From: an uncultured Verrucomicrobiae bacterium
GTDB taxonomy: Bacteria > Verrucomicrobiota > Verrucomicrobiia > Chthoniobacterales > UBA10450
DNA length: 64,000 nucleotides
NCBI GenBank assembly: GCA_963834385.1
Contig: CAWIBO010000005.1
Coordinates: 608,001 to 672,000 of the forward strand
Reading direction: 5' to 3'
Shown in pieces: positions 1 to 9,997 of this stretch (its first letter is position 1; every line of letters begins with the position of its first letter). The notes beneath the pieces were generated by a model. It was not told the origin of the DNA. It worked only from the letters and a program-made list of their open reading frames with translations, and ran no database searches. The translations under genes were made by a program, and so were the position numbers.

Positions 1-1
1 G

Positions 2-1273
2 TCGAGCCTGACGAACGGCGGCGTCGCCAGCAGCATTGGCAACTCCAGCAACGCCGTGAGCAATCTCGTCCTTGGCGGCGGCGGCGCCTCCACCACCGCG
101 CAGCTGACCTACACCGGCTCGGGCGACAGCACGGACCGTCTCTTCACCCTCGGTGCAAGCGATGCGAACATCCTCAACGCTTCCGGCACCGGCGCCCTTG
201 CCTTCGGGAACTCCGGGGCGCTCGCCTTTCTCGGCTCTGGCAATCGCTCTCTCACCCTTGGCGGGACAAACACCGGCGAGAATATCCTGGCCCTTCTCCT
301 CGGGGATCCATCCGGTGGCACCTTTTCCCTTCTCAAAACGGATGCGGGCACCTGGAATGTGACAAACCAGAGCAACACCTATTCGGGCTCCACCTCACTG
401 GGAAATGGCACTCTTGGGTTTGCTGACGGCGCCCTCGGTTCGGGCCCCCTCGTTTTTACGAACCCGGTCGGGACCGCTTCTCTGCGCTGGAACACCGGCA
501 ACGTGCAGGACCTTTCCAGCCGCATCACGATCAACGATGGCGTAACCGCCCGGTTTAACACCAACGGCAACAACCTCACCTTCGCCAGCACCCTCGGCAC
601 CCAGGCGGGCCAGACCGGCGCCATCGTGAAATCGGGACTCGGCACCCTGACTCTTTCCGCCCCCAACGTCTACAGCGGCGGCACCACCGTGAACGGCGGC
701 ACCCTGCTGGTGAACAACACGACCGGCTCGGGCACGGGCACGGGCGCGGTCACGGTGAACAATGCCGGCTCGACCTTCGGCGGCACCGGCATCATCTCCG
801 GGTCCGTCACGGTCAACGCGGGCGCAAACCTCGCACCGGGCGCCAGCACCGGGATTCTGCAGACCGGCGCCCTGACGCTGGAGTCGAACTCCAACTTTGT
901 CCTCGACCTGAATAGCCTCGTCGCCGGCACCGGCTACGACCAGCTCCGTGTCACCGGCGCGGTCAGCCTCGGCGGCAGCAACATTCTCGTAAACGCTGGT
1001 CCCGGCCTTTCCCTGGGCGACACCTTCTTTGTTCTTCTGAACGACAGTAGCGACGCCATCAGCGGGCAGTTCGCCCAAGTGTCGCTGGTTTCATCCGAAG
1101 GCTATATTTTTGCCGTTGATTACTTCGCCAACGGCGACAGCGGCATGCTCGGGAATGACATTTCCTTGACGGTGACCGCCGTTCCCGAGCCGGGCACAGT
1201 CCTGGCGGGGCTCCTTCTCCTCGGCGCCGTCGGCTGGTCACAGCGTCGCCGATTCCTGCCAGCGAAGTCGTAG
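2..1273 (+). CDS. Autotransporter-associated beta-strand repeat surface protein with C-terminal PEP-CTERM sorting signal (5' truncated by window edge)
   Basis: Frame open from base 2; repeats of the KxGxGTLTLSxxNxYSGGTTVNGGTL type; ends VPEPGTVLAGLLLLGAVGWSQRRR (PEP motif, TM helix, basic cluster). Confidence 0.9.
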   Translation, partial: SSLTNGGVASSIGNSSNAVSNLVLGGGGASTTAQLTYTGSGDSTDRLFTLGASDANILNASGTGALAFGNSGALAFLGSGNRSLTLGGTNTGENILALLLGDPSGGTFSLLKTDAGTWNVTNQSNTYSGSTSLGNGTLGFADGALGSGPLVFTNPVGTASLRWNTGNVQDLSSRITINDGVTARFNTNGNNLTFASTLGTQAGQTGAIVKSGLGTLTLSAPNVYSGGTTVNGGTLLVNNTTGSGTGTGAVTVNNAGSTFGGTGIISGSVTVNAGANLAPGASTGILQTGALTLESNSNFVLDLNSLVAGTGYDQLRVTGAVSLGGSNILVNAGPGLSLGDTFFVLLNDSSDAISGQFAQVSLVSSEGYIFAVDYFANGDSGMLGNDISLTVTAVPEPGTVLAGLLLLGAVGWSQRRRFLPAKS

Positions 1274-1429
1274 AGGGCGATTTGCTGCAGCGTCCGCCCT
1301 CCCCGGCGGGTTCCCCCTCCTGGGATGTGATCGGTGATCCGTAATCGGTGACCAGGCTAGCCCGCTCCCTTTCAGCTTCCATCTCCTGCCCGCAGCCGAC
1401 GCATGCTAACGGGCTTGGGAGTAAGCTTA

Positions 1430-1460
1430 GCGATCATCGTAAGCGGCTTACGATCGACCC
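1430..1460. repeat. 31-bp palindrome-containing repeat, copy 1
   Basis: GCGATCATCGTAAGCGGCTTACGATCGACCC, identical at 2248-2278; core ATCGTAAGC-G-GCTTACGAT is a perfect inverted repeat. Confidence 0.9.
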
Positions 1461-1706
1461 TCCCTCTCAGCCCTCAGCTCCCTAGCTCTTCCTGCTCCTT
1501 GCTTCCCACTCCGTCCCAGTGCTCCCGCTCCTCCCAATAAAACCTCTTGCTTATCCCCGAAACCGGGCGAGACTCTGGGCACTTGGATTAGTTCTGTCTT
1601 CTTCGTAGTGCGGTAGATCGTCAGGTGAGTCTCTCATTGGTGATTTTGAAACCCGATTCCCGGGAACGGCTTGTAGCTCGCAGTCTTGCTCCAGAAATCA
1701 CACAAC

Positions 1707-1985
1707 ATGAAACTATACGTAGGAAATCTCTCCTTTGAGACCACTGAAAACGATCTGCGCGACCTCTTCGCGCCCCACGGCACCGTCACCGACGTCGCCA
1801 TCCTGAATGACCGCGAAACCGGCCGCTCCCGCGGCTTCGGCTTCGTCACGTTCTCCGACGCCACCGGCGGCAACGCTGCCATCGCGGCGCTCCACGGCAA
1901 AGACTTCGGCGGTCGCGACCTGACCGTGAACGAGGCGCGTGCCCGCGAGGAACGCCCCCGTCAGTTTGCCGGCAACCGCCGGTAA
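1707..1985 (+). CDS. RNA-binding protein (single RRM)
   Basis: RNP2 KLYVGNLS and RNP1 RGFGFVTF motifs, ending LTVNEAR. Confidence 0.95.
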   Translation: MKLYVGNLSFETTENDLRDLFAPHGTVTDVAILNDRETGRSRGFGFVTFSDATGGNAAIAALHGKDFGGRDLTVNEARAREERPRQFAGNRR

Positions 1986-2007
1986 TCGACGCACATCGTA
2001 ATTTGCG

Positions 2008-2046
2008 AACAGGCGCTTCCGCGAGGGAGCGTCTGTTTTGCTTTCT
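2008..2046 (+). terminator. Intrinsic terminator after the RRM gene
   Basis: AACAGGCGCTTCC-GCGA-GGGAGCGTCTGTT stem with GNRA loop, followed by a T-rich tract. Confidence 0.8.
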
Positions 2047-2104
2047 GGGTGCTGAGGTGGGTCACGCGGGGGCGTGGATGCGTGCGCTCCTGGGGGAGCG
2101 CCGT

Positions 2105-2454
2105 GAGGATGGAGGATTGAGAATGGAGGATAGTCGGGAGATCGCCCCGGGTCCGTGCCCCCTTGTCAGCTCACTCTTTCCCCAACTTCCAGCTCTCCAA
2201 CTCCGAGCCGCCAGGCTCTCCGCTCCGCGCCCCAAGCTCCCCGCTTTGCGATCATCGTAAGCGGCTTACGATCGACCCCCTTCCCCTCGGATCAGTGATC
2301 CGTAATCTGTGAACAGCCCCCCGCCCCCAGCTCCGTGCCCTCTCCCTTTCAGCTTTCAGCTTCAGCTGTCAGCATTTTCTTCCAGCTCCAAGCTCCCGCT
2401 CCATGCCCCGCCCATCTTCCATCTTCCAGCTTCCAGCTCCGAGCCGCCAGGCTC
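2105..2454. repeat. Intergenic mosaic of short-period repeats (region A)
   Basis: GAGGATG-type 7-mers at 2105-2133 with an inverse CCATCTT-type run from 2412; TCAGCT runs; 18-bp direct repeat CTCCGAGCCGCCAGGCTC at 2201-2218 and 2437-2454. Confidence 0.75.
2248..2278. repeat. 31-bp palindrome-containing repeat, copy 2
   Basis: Identical to 1430-1460. Confidence 0.9.
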
Positions 2455-3237
2455 CTACCGTTCGTCTTCGAAACGCAGGTGTTTCACGGTGAGCCCGTGG
2501 TTGATCAGTTCGGTCAGGGAATCGATCCCGATCCGGAGATGGAGATCGAGGTATTTGGTCGTGACCACGTCGTCGCTCGCCGCAGTTTTCACCCCTTCGG
2601 GCACCATTGGTTGGTCCGAGACCAAAAGGAGCGCGCCGGTCGGGATCTTGTTATGAAAACCGGTGATGAAAATCGTCGCTGTCTCCATGTCGATGCCCAT
2701 GCACCGAATCCGCGAGAGATACTTCTTGAAGTTGTCGTCGTGTTCCCAGACCCGCCGGTTGGTCGTGTAGACCGTGCCGGTCCAGTAATCGCGGCCATGG
2801 TTCCGGATGGTGGTTGAGATCGCTTTCTGGAGCGAAAACGCGGGCAGCGCCGGCACTTCCGGCGGGAAATAGTCGGTCGAGGTTCCCTCGCCCCGGATGG
2901 CGGCGATCGGCAGGATCAGGTCGCCCAGCTTGTTCTTTTTCTTTAAGCCGCCGCATTTGCCGAGAAACAGGACCGCCTTCGGCTTGATCGCCCCGAGCAG
3001 ATCCATCACGGTCGCGGCGCTGGCGCTGCCCATCCCGAAGTTCAGGATGGAAATGCCGTGCGCGGTCGCGTTCGGCATCGGCCGATCGAGTCCCCGCACC
3101 TCGACGTTCGCCACTTCGGCGAAGCGCTTCACGTAATCGGTAAAATTGACCAGGAGAACATACTTCGAGAAATCCTTCAGCGGCGTCCCCGTGTAGCGCG
3201 GGAGCCAGTTGGCGACGATATCGGGTTTGGTCTTCAT
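2455..3237 (-). CDS. amn: AMP nucleosidase (short PNP/UDP-family type)
   Basis: N-terminal IVANWLPRYTG; FLGKCGGL, AIRGEGTS, YTTNRRVWE and IDMETAT motifs. Confidence 0.88.
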   Translation of the reverse strand: MKTKPDIVANWLPRYTGTPLKDFSKYVLLVNFTDYVKRFAEVANVEVRGLDRPMPNATAHGISILNFGMGSASAATVMDLLGAIKPKAVLFLGKCGGLKKKNKLGDLILPIAAIRGEGTSTDYFPPEVPALPAFSLQKAISTTIRNHGRDYWTGTVYTTNRRVWEHDDNFKKYLSRIRCMGIDMETATIFITGFHNKIPTGALLLVSDQPMVPEGVKTAASDDVVTTKYLDLHLRIGIDSLTELINHGLTVKHLRFEDER

Positions 3238-3342
3238 GGAGTCCGCCAGCGCGGATTGGCTCCATGGTTAGCCGGTCCTGCAAGAAAGGGGAAGCGCGGA
3301 GCGCTGCGAGGGGGGTATTTGGACAGGATGGAGGATGGCAGA

Positions 3343-3566
3343 GCGTGAATGGTGAGTGGTGAATTGTGAATGGTAGGGAGGCGGCGGATTGCGGATCACG
3401 GTTCACAGATCACCTGACGGAAAAAGCTGAAACGCTGACAACTGAAAAGCTGACAGGGACGGGCGGCGGGCGTGGAAGGCTTCCCCTAATCCTGTTCATC
3501 CTGTAAATCCTGTCTGTCTGCAGCCTGGCCGATCTCAGGCTCGACGGAGTCTCGCCCTACCGGGGG
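3343..3566. repeat. Composite intergenic repeat cassette, copy B
   Basis: Module order GTGAATG x4, GATCAC 7-mers, AAAGCTGA, AATCCTGTT-type 9-mer x3, REP-like GGCTCGACGGAGTCTCGCCCTACC; collinear with 7344-7554. Confidence 0.9.
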
Positions 3567-3824
3567 AGGGCGGCGGCGTGAAGGGATGGTGAATTGAGAA
3601 TGGCGGGGGGCGGCGGGGAATGCGGACCACGGTTCACAGATCACCGATCTCTGATCACCGACCCCAAGAGCAAAAGCAGGATCAAGAGCAAGAGCAGATG
3701 ACGCCATCCCGACGCCCCATCGCGCCATCCGAAATCGCCCTCCCGATAACCGATAACCGCCGTCCCGCCGCCCCTCACAAACTCCCCTTGCCGCTGGGAC
3801 GGCGGTCCCTACAGTTTGCCCCCT

Positions 3825-5141
3825 ATGGCTTTCAAGGACCTGACCCCGCCCAAGGGCGATAAAATCTCGATCTCACAAGGGAAATTGACCGTGCCGGATC
3901 AGCCGGTGATTCCGTTCATCCGGGGCGACGGGACCGGGCCGGACATCTGGGCGGCGAGCGAGCGCGTCTTTGACGCCGCGGTTGAGAAAGCCTACGGCGG
4001 CAAAAAGAAGATTTCCTGGTTCGAGGTTTTTGCCGGCCAGGCGGCCAAGGACAAGTTCGATAACTGGCTCCCGGACGACACCGTGACCGGTTTTCGCGAA
4101 TACCTGGTTGGGATCAAGGGGCCCCTCACCACCCCGGTCGGCGGCGGCATCCGTTCGCTGAACGTGGCGCTCCGCCAGATGCTCGACCTCTACGTCTGCC
4201 TGCGGCCGGTGCAGTATTTCAAGGGGGTCCCCTCGCCCGTCAAACATCCCGAGAAGGTGGACATGGTCATCTTCCGCGAGAACACGGAAGACATCTACGC
4301 CGGGATCGAATACGCCGCCGGCACGCCGGAGGCGAAGAAGGTGCTCGATTTTCTCCAGAAAGAGTTTCCGAAACATTTCGAGAAGGTCCGGTTCGGAACG
4401 GAAGCCAAGGCCGCCGACTTCTGGAAGGCCGTGGGTGCGAAAGATTTTCCGACTGACGTCCGGGTGGGTGTCGGGTTCAAGCCGGTGAGCTATTCCGGGA
4501 GTGTGCGCCTGATCCACAGCGCCATCTCCTACGCGATCCAGAACAAGCGCAAATCGGTCACGCTCGTGCACAAGGGGAACATCATGAAGTTCACCGAGGG
4601 CGCGTTCCGCGACTGGGGTTACGAAATTGCGAAGACCCATTTCGGCGCGGAAGAGATCGACGGCGGACCGTGGTGCCGGATCCCGGACGGCAAACCGGGC
4701 GCCGGCCTCGTGATCAAGGACGCCATTGCCGATATCACCCTGCAGCAGGTGCTGACGCGTCCGGAAGACATCGACGTGATCGCGACCTTGAATTTAAACG
4801 GCGATTACCTGAGCGACGCGCTCGCGGCGCAAGTGGGCGGCATCGGGATCGCGCCCGGCGGGAACATCAACTACATCACGGGCCACGCCGTCTTCGAGGC
4901 GACGCACGGCACGGCGCCGAAATATGCCAACCAGGACAAGGTGAACCCGGGGTCGGTCATTCTTTCCGGCGAGATGATGTTCCGCTACATGAAATGGACC
5001 GAGGCGGCCGACCTGATCATCAAGGGATTAAACGGGGCGATCGCGAGCAAGCGGGTCACCTACGATTTTGCCCGGCTGATGGAAGGCGGGACGGAGATCA
5101 AGTGTTCCGAGTTCGGGCAGAACGTGATCGATCACATGTGA
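3825..5141 (+). CDS. icd: NADP-dependent isocitrate dehydrogenase (E. coli-type)
   Basis: [45 protein letters not shown] and [10 protein letters not shown] motifs. Confidence 0.97.
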   Translation: MAFKDLTPPKGDKISISQGKLTVPDQPVIPFIRGDGTGPDIWAASERVFDAAVEKAYGGKKKISWFEVFAGQAAKDKFDNWLPDDTVTGFREYLVGIKGPLTTPVGGGIRSLNVALRQMLDLYVCLRPVQYFKGVPSPVKHPEKVDMVIFRENTEDIYAGIEYAAGTPEAKKVLDFLQKEFPKHFEKVRFGTEAKAADFWKAVGAKDFPTDVRVGVGFKPVSYSGSVRLIHSAISYAIQNKRKSVTLVHKGNIMKFTEGAFRDWGYEIAKTHFGAEEIDGGPWCRIPDGKPGAGLVIKDAIADITLQQVLTRPEDIDVIATLNLNGDYLSDALAAQVGGIGIAPGGNINYITGHAVFEATHGTAPKYANQDKVNPGSVILSGEMMFRYMKWTEAADLIIKGLNGAIASKRVTYDFARLMEGGTEIKCSEFGQNVIDHM

Positions 5142-5223
5142 TCGGACAGGTTCGCAATTCCTGGTTTAGAAATCGAATCAGGAAAGCAGGAAGGCAGGAG
5201 GAAAAGGGGCTTGAATGGTGTTT

Positions 5224-5389
5224 GTGAGTGGTTGGGAAGCGGCGAGATCTGATCACCCATTACTGATCACCGCTCACAGGCCCGAAAAGCGGGCCGTCTC
5301 TTTCCCCCTAATCCTGTTCATCCTGTAAATCCTGTCCTTCTGCAGCCTTATCGATCTCAGGCTCGACGGAGTCTCGCCCTACCGGGGGG
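5224..5389. repeat. Composite intergenic repeat cassette, partial copy C
   Basis: Shares the 9-mer triplet (5310-5336) and REP-like unit (5360-5383), with a similar linker, with copies B and D. Confidence 0.85.
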
Positions 5390-5613
5390 CGGAAGCGAGG
5401 ATGGAGGATTGAGAATTGAGGATGGCCGGGATGCTGATCACGGTTCACTGATCACCTGCCTGCCTCACGCAGAGGCGCCAAGGGGATTATGTGGGGCGAA
5501 CGAGAGGAGGGAGACGAGCGGGACGGGCTCATACCCCGACCTTTTTCCTCAGTTCCTGCTTTCCTAATTCAACTTCTTCTTCTGGCTTCCTGGTTTCCAA
5601 ATTCAACGCTCTT

Positions 5614-7277
5614 TTAGGGCGCGGCTTTGATGCGCCAGAAGGCGCGGTCACCGGACGGGATGGCGGTGTCTTGCAGGGAACGGGTGGCCCAGGGCATGGT
5701 CTCGGGCGGAAGCGTTTGCACAGCCTCCCAGCCGAGGAACCCGGTTGAGCGCTCGAGGGTGTAGCGGAGTCCGTAGAGGGCTGGAAAGGTGAGCGTGGGC
5801 CATCCCCGCGGACGATCCACGCCATCGTGCTGATCTGCCGTTTCATCTCCTTTTGCGCCAGAAGCTGGGGTTCTTCGCTCGCCGGGAGCAGGTAGCGAAA
5901 CGCGGCCGGCAGTCGCGCTTTCCAGGCCGCCTCGTTGTGGGCGTCCCCGCATCCGGCGACAAACCAGACATCACTGTTGTGAGCGTATTGCTGCGCCAGA
6001 TGGATGTCGTACATCTTGAGCACGTCGTTCCAGTAACTGCCGCCCTCGAGCGTTCCCATGTCGAGATAAACCCGGAGCGGCTTTTTGGTTCCCCCGGCGA
6101 CCTGGTTGACGTAATTCGGCGAGGTCCAAAAGGCGGGTGAAAAGACTCCGATCCGGCCAAAGGTCGTAAATTCCCGCCCAAGATAGAGGGAGACCAAACC
6201 GCCCATGGAGGAGCCGAGCGTCACGGTGTTCGGCGGATCGTTCAACGTCCGGTAGGTCGTATCGACAAACGGTCGGACATTGTTGATGACAAAACTGGCG
6301 TAGGCGTCCGCCCGCCCCTGCGTGCTGTTGTAGCTGTCTGTCGGAGGCTGGTATTCCGGGATGCGGGCCGTGCCGTTATCGATCCCGACCAGGATCGCCT
6401 CGCGCATCCGGCCCTGCCCGATCTCGCGGGTGGCGGTGGCGTCAGCGCTCCACGAGCCAAACGTCCCGCCCGGATCGAAAACGTTCTGGCCATCGTGCAA
6501 ATAGACCACCGGATAACGCCGCGTCGTGTTCTGGTCGTAGCCCCGCGGCAAATAGATGCGCACGTTGCGGTCCGGGATGTTCGGCGCGGTCGAACCAACC
6601 AGGGCGGTTTCGATCCGGGGCGCTGAAACAACCGCGGGCGGTTGATAGGCAAACACGTTGCCGTCCTGGACGTGGAAGGCATCAAGTGGCGTGAGGTAAT
6701 TGGTGCCGGGAGCCGGGTTGTCCCAGCTCCCGGAACCGTTGTTAAAAACGAACTCGAGCGGTTCACCCGGTTCACCGATCCCCTCGATGCGGAATAATGA
6801 TTCGCCGGTGACCCGACCGTTGCCGACCCGGGTCATGGGCGTCGTGACCCATCCAGTGCCCTGGCGATGGAAGAGGTTCGCCTGCGGCCAGCCGCTCAGG
6901 TAGTAGATCGTTTTGCCGGCATACGGAGCGGGCGGCTGCGCCGTGACGTTGAGCGAAAGCACGCCGGTAAGGTCAAGGGCGTTGGCACTGTTGCACCACT
7001 GGTCGGAAGCGGTGGCCCGCCGGATATACTTATATTGCAAGGCAGTCCCCGCCTGGACAGCCAGTTGGCCGGTCCAGACGTTCCCGGCAGTAAACCGCAA
7101 CTTCGGCGCCTTGGTTACGTCCCAGGCCCCAAGGTCGGGATGGTTGCCGACGACGAAGACGCTGTTGCCAAAACCGACGTCGGCCGTGTGGCTGAACTGG
7201 ACGATTTCCCGATGAGGACTGGCCGCCGGAAGCGTCGCCGCGAGAAGGAAAAAGAGGCAGAAACGGAGGGCGCGCAC
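5614..7277 (-). CDS. Secreted CBM20 + second carbohydrate-binding module + alpha/beta hydrolase (esterase); frameshift near 5825
   Basis: Signal peptide; CBM20-like VFVVGNHPDLGAW..QYKYI; YLHDGQNVF, GSSMGG nucleophile elbow, HNEAAW. A natural-looking C-terminus (LTFPALYGLRYTLERST..AFWRIKAAP*) is in another frame ending at 5614. Confidence 0.82.
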
Positions 7278-7343
7278 GGGGGGCGGTTATTGTCGTGCTT
7301 GGCGGGAGATTGGCAAGGGGCGGTTGGGGCGGGGGGGGGCGGG

Positions 7344-7554
7344 GCGTGAATGGTGAGTGGTGAATTGTGAATGGTCGGGAAGCGGCAGATCACGGATCAC
7401 CGTTCACCGATCGCCTGAGGCGGAAAAGCTGAAAAGCTGACAGGGACGGGCGGCGGGCGTGGAAGGCTTCCCCTAATCCTGTTCATCCTGTAAATCCTGT
7501 CCTTCTGCAGCCTGGCCGATCTCAGGCTCGACGGAGTCTCGCCCTACCGGGGGG
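7344..7554. repeat. Composite intergenic repeat cassette, copy D
   Basis: Collinear with 3343-3566; 7431-7501 is identical to 3444-3514. Confidence 0.9.
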
Positions 7555-7666
7555 CGGCGGATGGATGCACCGGATCACCGATCACTGATCACCGACTCCC
7601 CGAGCTCCGGCTCGCGGCACCCCGGGCTGGTCGCGGGTCTTCTTTGCTGCTTAGGTGGGAGGTGCC

Positions 7667-9238
7667 ATGAGCGCAGACCTTTGGGATCGATTCCAACGCC
7701 ACTACCTTCTTTACGAGGATCTTGGCTTCTCTCTCGATATCAGCCGGATGCGGTTCCCGGATGATTTCCTTTCATCCATGGCGGGCGCGGCCGGCCGTGC
7801 CTTTGCCGAAATGAAGGAATTGGAGGCGGGCAAGATCGCCAACCCCGACGAACAACGGATGGTCGGCCATTATTGGCTGCGCGCCCCGCACCTCGCCCCC
7901 GAGCCCGGTTTGCGCGCCGGCATTGAAACGACCCTCCGCCGGATCAAGCGGTTCGCCTCCGACGTCCAGGTCGGCCGGATCAGCGCGCCCGATGGCCGTC
8001 CGTTTGAGCACCTCATCGTGGTCGGGATCGGCGGTTCAGCTCTCGGGCCGCAGTTCATGGCCGACGCGCTCGGCTCCGGCCGCGACCCTCTCAGCGTTTC
8101 GTTCCTCGATAACACCGATCCTGACGGCTTTGACCGTGTTTTCGCCGGCCTGGACGATCATCTGGCCCACACCCTGGTGATTGTCATTTCCAAATCCGGC
8201 GGCACTAAAGAAACCCGAAACGGCATGCTGGAGACTGCAGCGCAGTTCGAGGCGGCCGGGCATGATTTCGGCCGGCATGCCGTGGCGGTGACCGGTGAAG
8301 GCAGCGAACTCGATCAACACGCCCGCGAGAACAAATGGCTCGAGATCTTCCCCATGCACGACTGGGTGGGCGGGCGCACCTCGGTCATGAGCGCGGTCGG
8401 GCTCCTGCCGGCGGCTCTCCAGGGTTTCGACATTGACCGTCTGCTGGCGGGAGCCGCGGCCATGGATGCGCACACGCGCAGCGAAGAAGTCGAAGAGAAC
8501 GCGGCCATGCTCCTGGCATTGATGTGGCATTATGCGGGGAACGGCCGGGGCGAAAAAGACATGGTCATCCTGCCCTATAAAGACCGCCTGGCTCTTTTTA
8601 GCCGCTACCTTCAGCAGCTCGTCATGGAATCGCTGGGCAAGGAGAAAGACCGGGACGGGACAACGGTGCACCAGGGAATCGCGGTCTACGGAAACAAGGG
8701 CTCAACCGATCAACATGCCTACGTCCAGCAGTTGCGCGATGGCATCGCCAATTTCTTCGTCACCTTTATCGAGGTGCGCCGCGGACGGTCCGGCCCCAGA
8801 CGGGAAGTCGAACCGGGCGTGACCAGCGGGGATTACCTGCAGGGCTTTCTCCGCGGAACCCGCGCCGCGCTCTACGAGAACGACCGGGAATCGATCACCA
8901 TTTCCATTCCCGAGGTCAGCGCCTTTGAGGTGGGCGCCCTGATCGCGCTCTACGAGCGGGCGGTCGGGTTTTACGGCTCTCTCGTCAACGTCAACGCCTA
9001 TCACCAGCCCGGGGTGGAGGCCGGGAAAAAGGCGGCCACCCGGCTGCTGGAACTACAGGGAAAAGTCGTGCAGGCGCTTCGGCACAAACCGGCGCAAACG
9101 GCGGAAGAAATCGCGGGCGCAGTCGGGGCCAACCCGGAGGACGTCTTTCATCTGCTCGAGCATCTGGCGGCAAACGGCGTCGCCACCCGGGAGCGCGCCG
9201 GGAAACCCGCCTCCGCGAGATTCAGTTCTTCCGACTAG
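7667..9238 (+). CDS. pgi: Glucose-6-phosphate isomerase
   Basis: [33 protein letters not shown] and QPGVEAGK motifs; GGAGG SD upstream. Confidence 0.96.
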   Translation: MSADLWDRFQRHYLLYEDLGFSLDISRMRFPDDFLSSMAGAAGRAFAEMKELEAGKIANPDEQRMVGHYWLRAPHLAPEPGLRAGIETTLRRIKRFASDVQVGRISAPDGRPFEHLIVVGIGGSALGPQFMADALGSGRDPLSVSFLDNTDPDGFDRVFAGLDDHLAHTLVIVISKSGGTKETRNGMLETAAQFEAAGHDFGRHAVAVTGEGSELDQHARENKWLEIFPMHDWVGGRTSVMSAVGLLPAALQGFDIDRLLAGAAAMDAHTRSEEVEENAAMLLALMWHYAGNGRGEKDMVILPYKDRLALFSRYLQQLVMESLGKEKDRDGTTVHQGIAVYGNKGSTDQHAYVQQLRDGIANFFVTFIEVRRGRSGPRREVEPGVTSGDYLQGFLRGTRAALYENDRESITISIPEVSAFEVGALIALYERAVGFYGSLVNVNAYHQPGVEAGKKAATRLLELQGKVVQALRHKPAQTAEEIAGAVGANPEDVFHLLEHLAANGVATRERAGKPASARFSSSD

Positions 9239-9274
9239 CACCCGGTCGTCCCCTCGCTATTTTTCCCGGTCATC

Positions 9275-9973
9275 ATGGCGCACCAACCCGACCCCGGCGG
9301 AGGCATGGAAGTCCAATGGCAGGATTTTGTCCGGTTCCTGCGCCAGCTCAGCCATGACCTGCGCAACCATCTCAACGCCATGGAGCTGCAGTCAGCGCTC
9401 CTGAACGAACTGCTCTCCGACCCCGAGTTGAAAGACGAGGTGAAACGGCTGCGCGGCATGATCGCCGAGACGAGCAACGCCTTGCAAAAGCTCGTGAACG
9501 CGGCCAATCCCCCCACTCCCAACACCATGGAGTATAAGGCGTCCGACCTTTTCGAGGACATCCAGAACCGCGTTGCCGCCACTTTCCCGGAACAAAAGGA
9601 CCAGATTGAATGGTCCGCCGGAGGGGAGACGGGAGAGGTGGAAATTGATCCGCAGCTGCTGCCGGAAGCCTTTCTGGAGATCTTCCGCAATGCCTTCCAG
9701 CACGGGCGGGAGGAAGGGCCGATCACGGTGGCGGCCGGGGTTGAGGGTGGGACCTTTTCGATTGTCATTTCCGAGCCAAAAAGCGGGTTTGACCGGGAGA
9801 CGGCTTCCTGGGGACGTCAGCCGCTGCACGACGTTTCCCGCGGGCATTATGGCCTTGGCCTGACCCGGGCACGCGCTATTCTAAAATCTCACCATGGTGA
9901 CCTGCGCGCCCATCACGACCCTGCCCAGTCCCGTCTCGTCACGACGGCCAGCCTCCCGCTTCGGCGCGGCTGA
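9275..9973 (+). CDS. Sensorless histidine kinase-like protein (HisKA + degenerate HATPase)
   Basis: H-box LSHDLRNHL, N-box EIFRNAFQH, G2-like YGLGL; no DxGxG G1 box and no input domain. Confidence 0.75.
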   Translation: MAHQPDPGGGMEVQWQDFVRFLRQLSHDLRNHLNAMELQSALLNELLSDPELKDEVKRLRGMIAETSNALQKLVNAANPPTPNTMEYKASDLFEDIQNRVAATFPEQKDQIEWSAGGETGEVEIDPQLLPEAFLEIFRNAFQHGREEGPITVAAGVEGGTFSIVISEPKSGFDRETASWGRQPLHDVSRGHYGLGLTRARAILKSHHGDLRAHHDPAQSRLVTTASLPLRRG

Positions 9974-9997
9974 GTCGGGTCGAGGCATCGCCCGATC

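Noticed and set aside
3486..3862. Short ORFs within repeat mosaics (also 2003-2260, 5491-5748, 7561-7764, 30961-31251)
   Set aside because: Their translations are simply the repeat modules (QDLQDEQD, GRDSVEP, LCVLCALCV), with no independent coding signal.
3343..7554. CRISPR array interpretation of the recurring intergenic repeats
   Set aside because: Copies are kilobases apart and separated by genes, with no regular repeat-spacer period and no cas genes.
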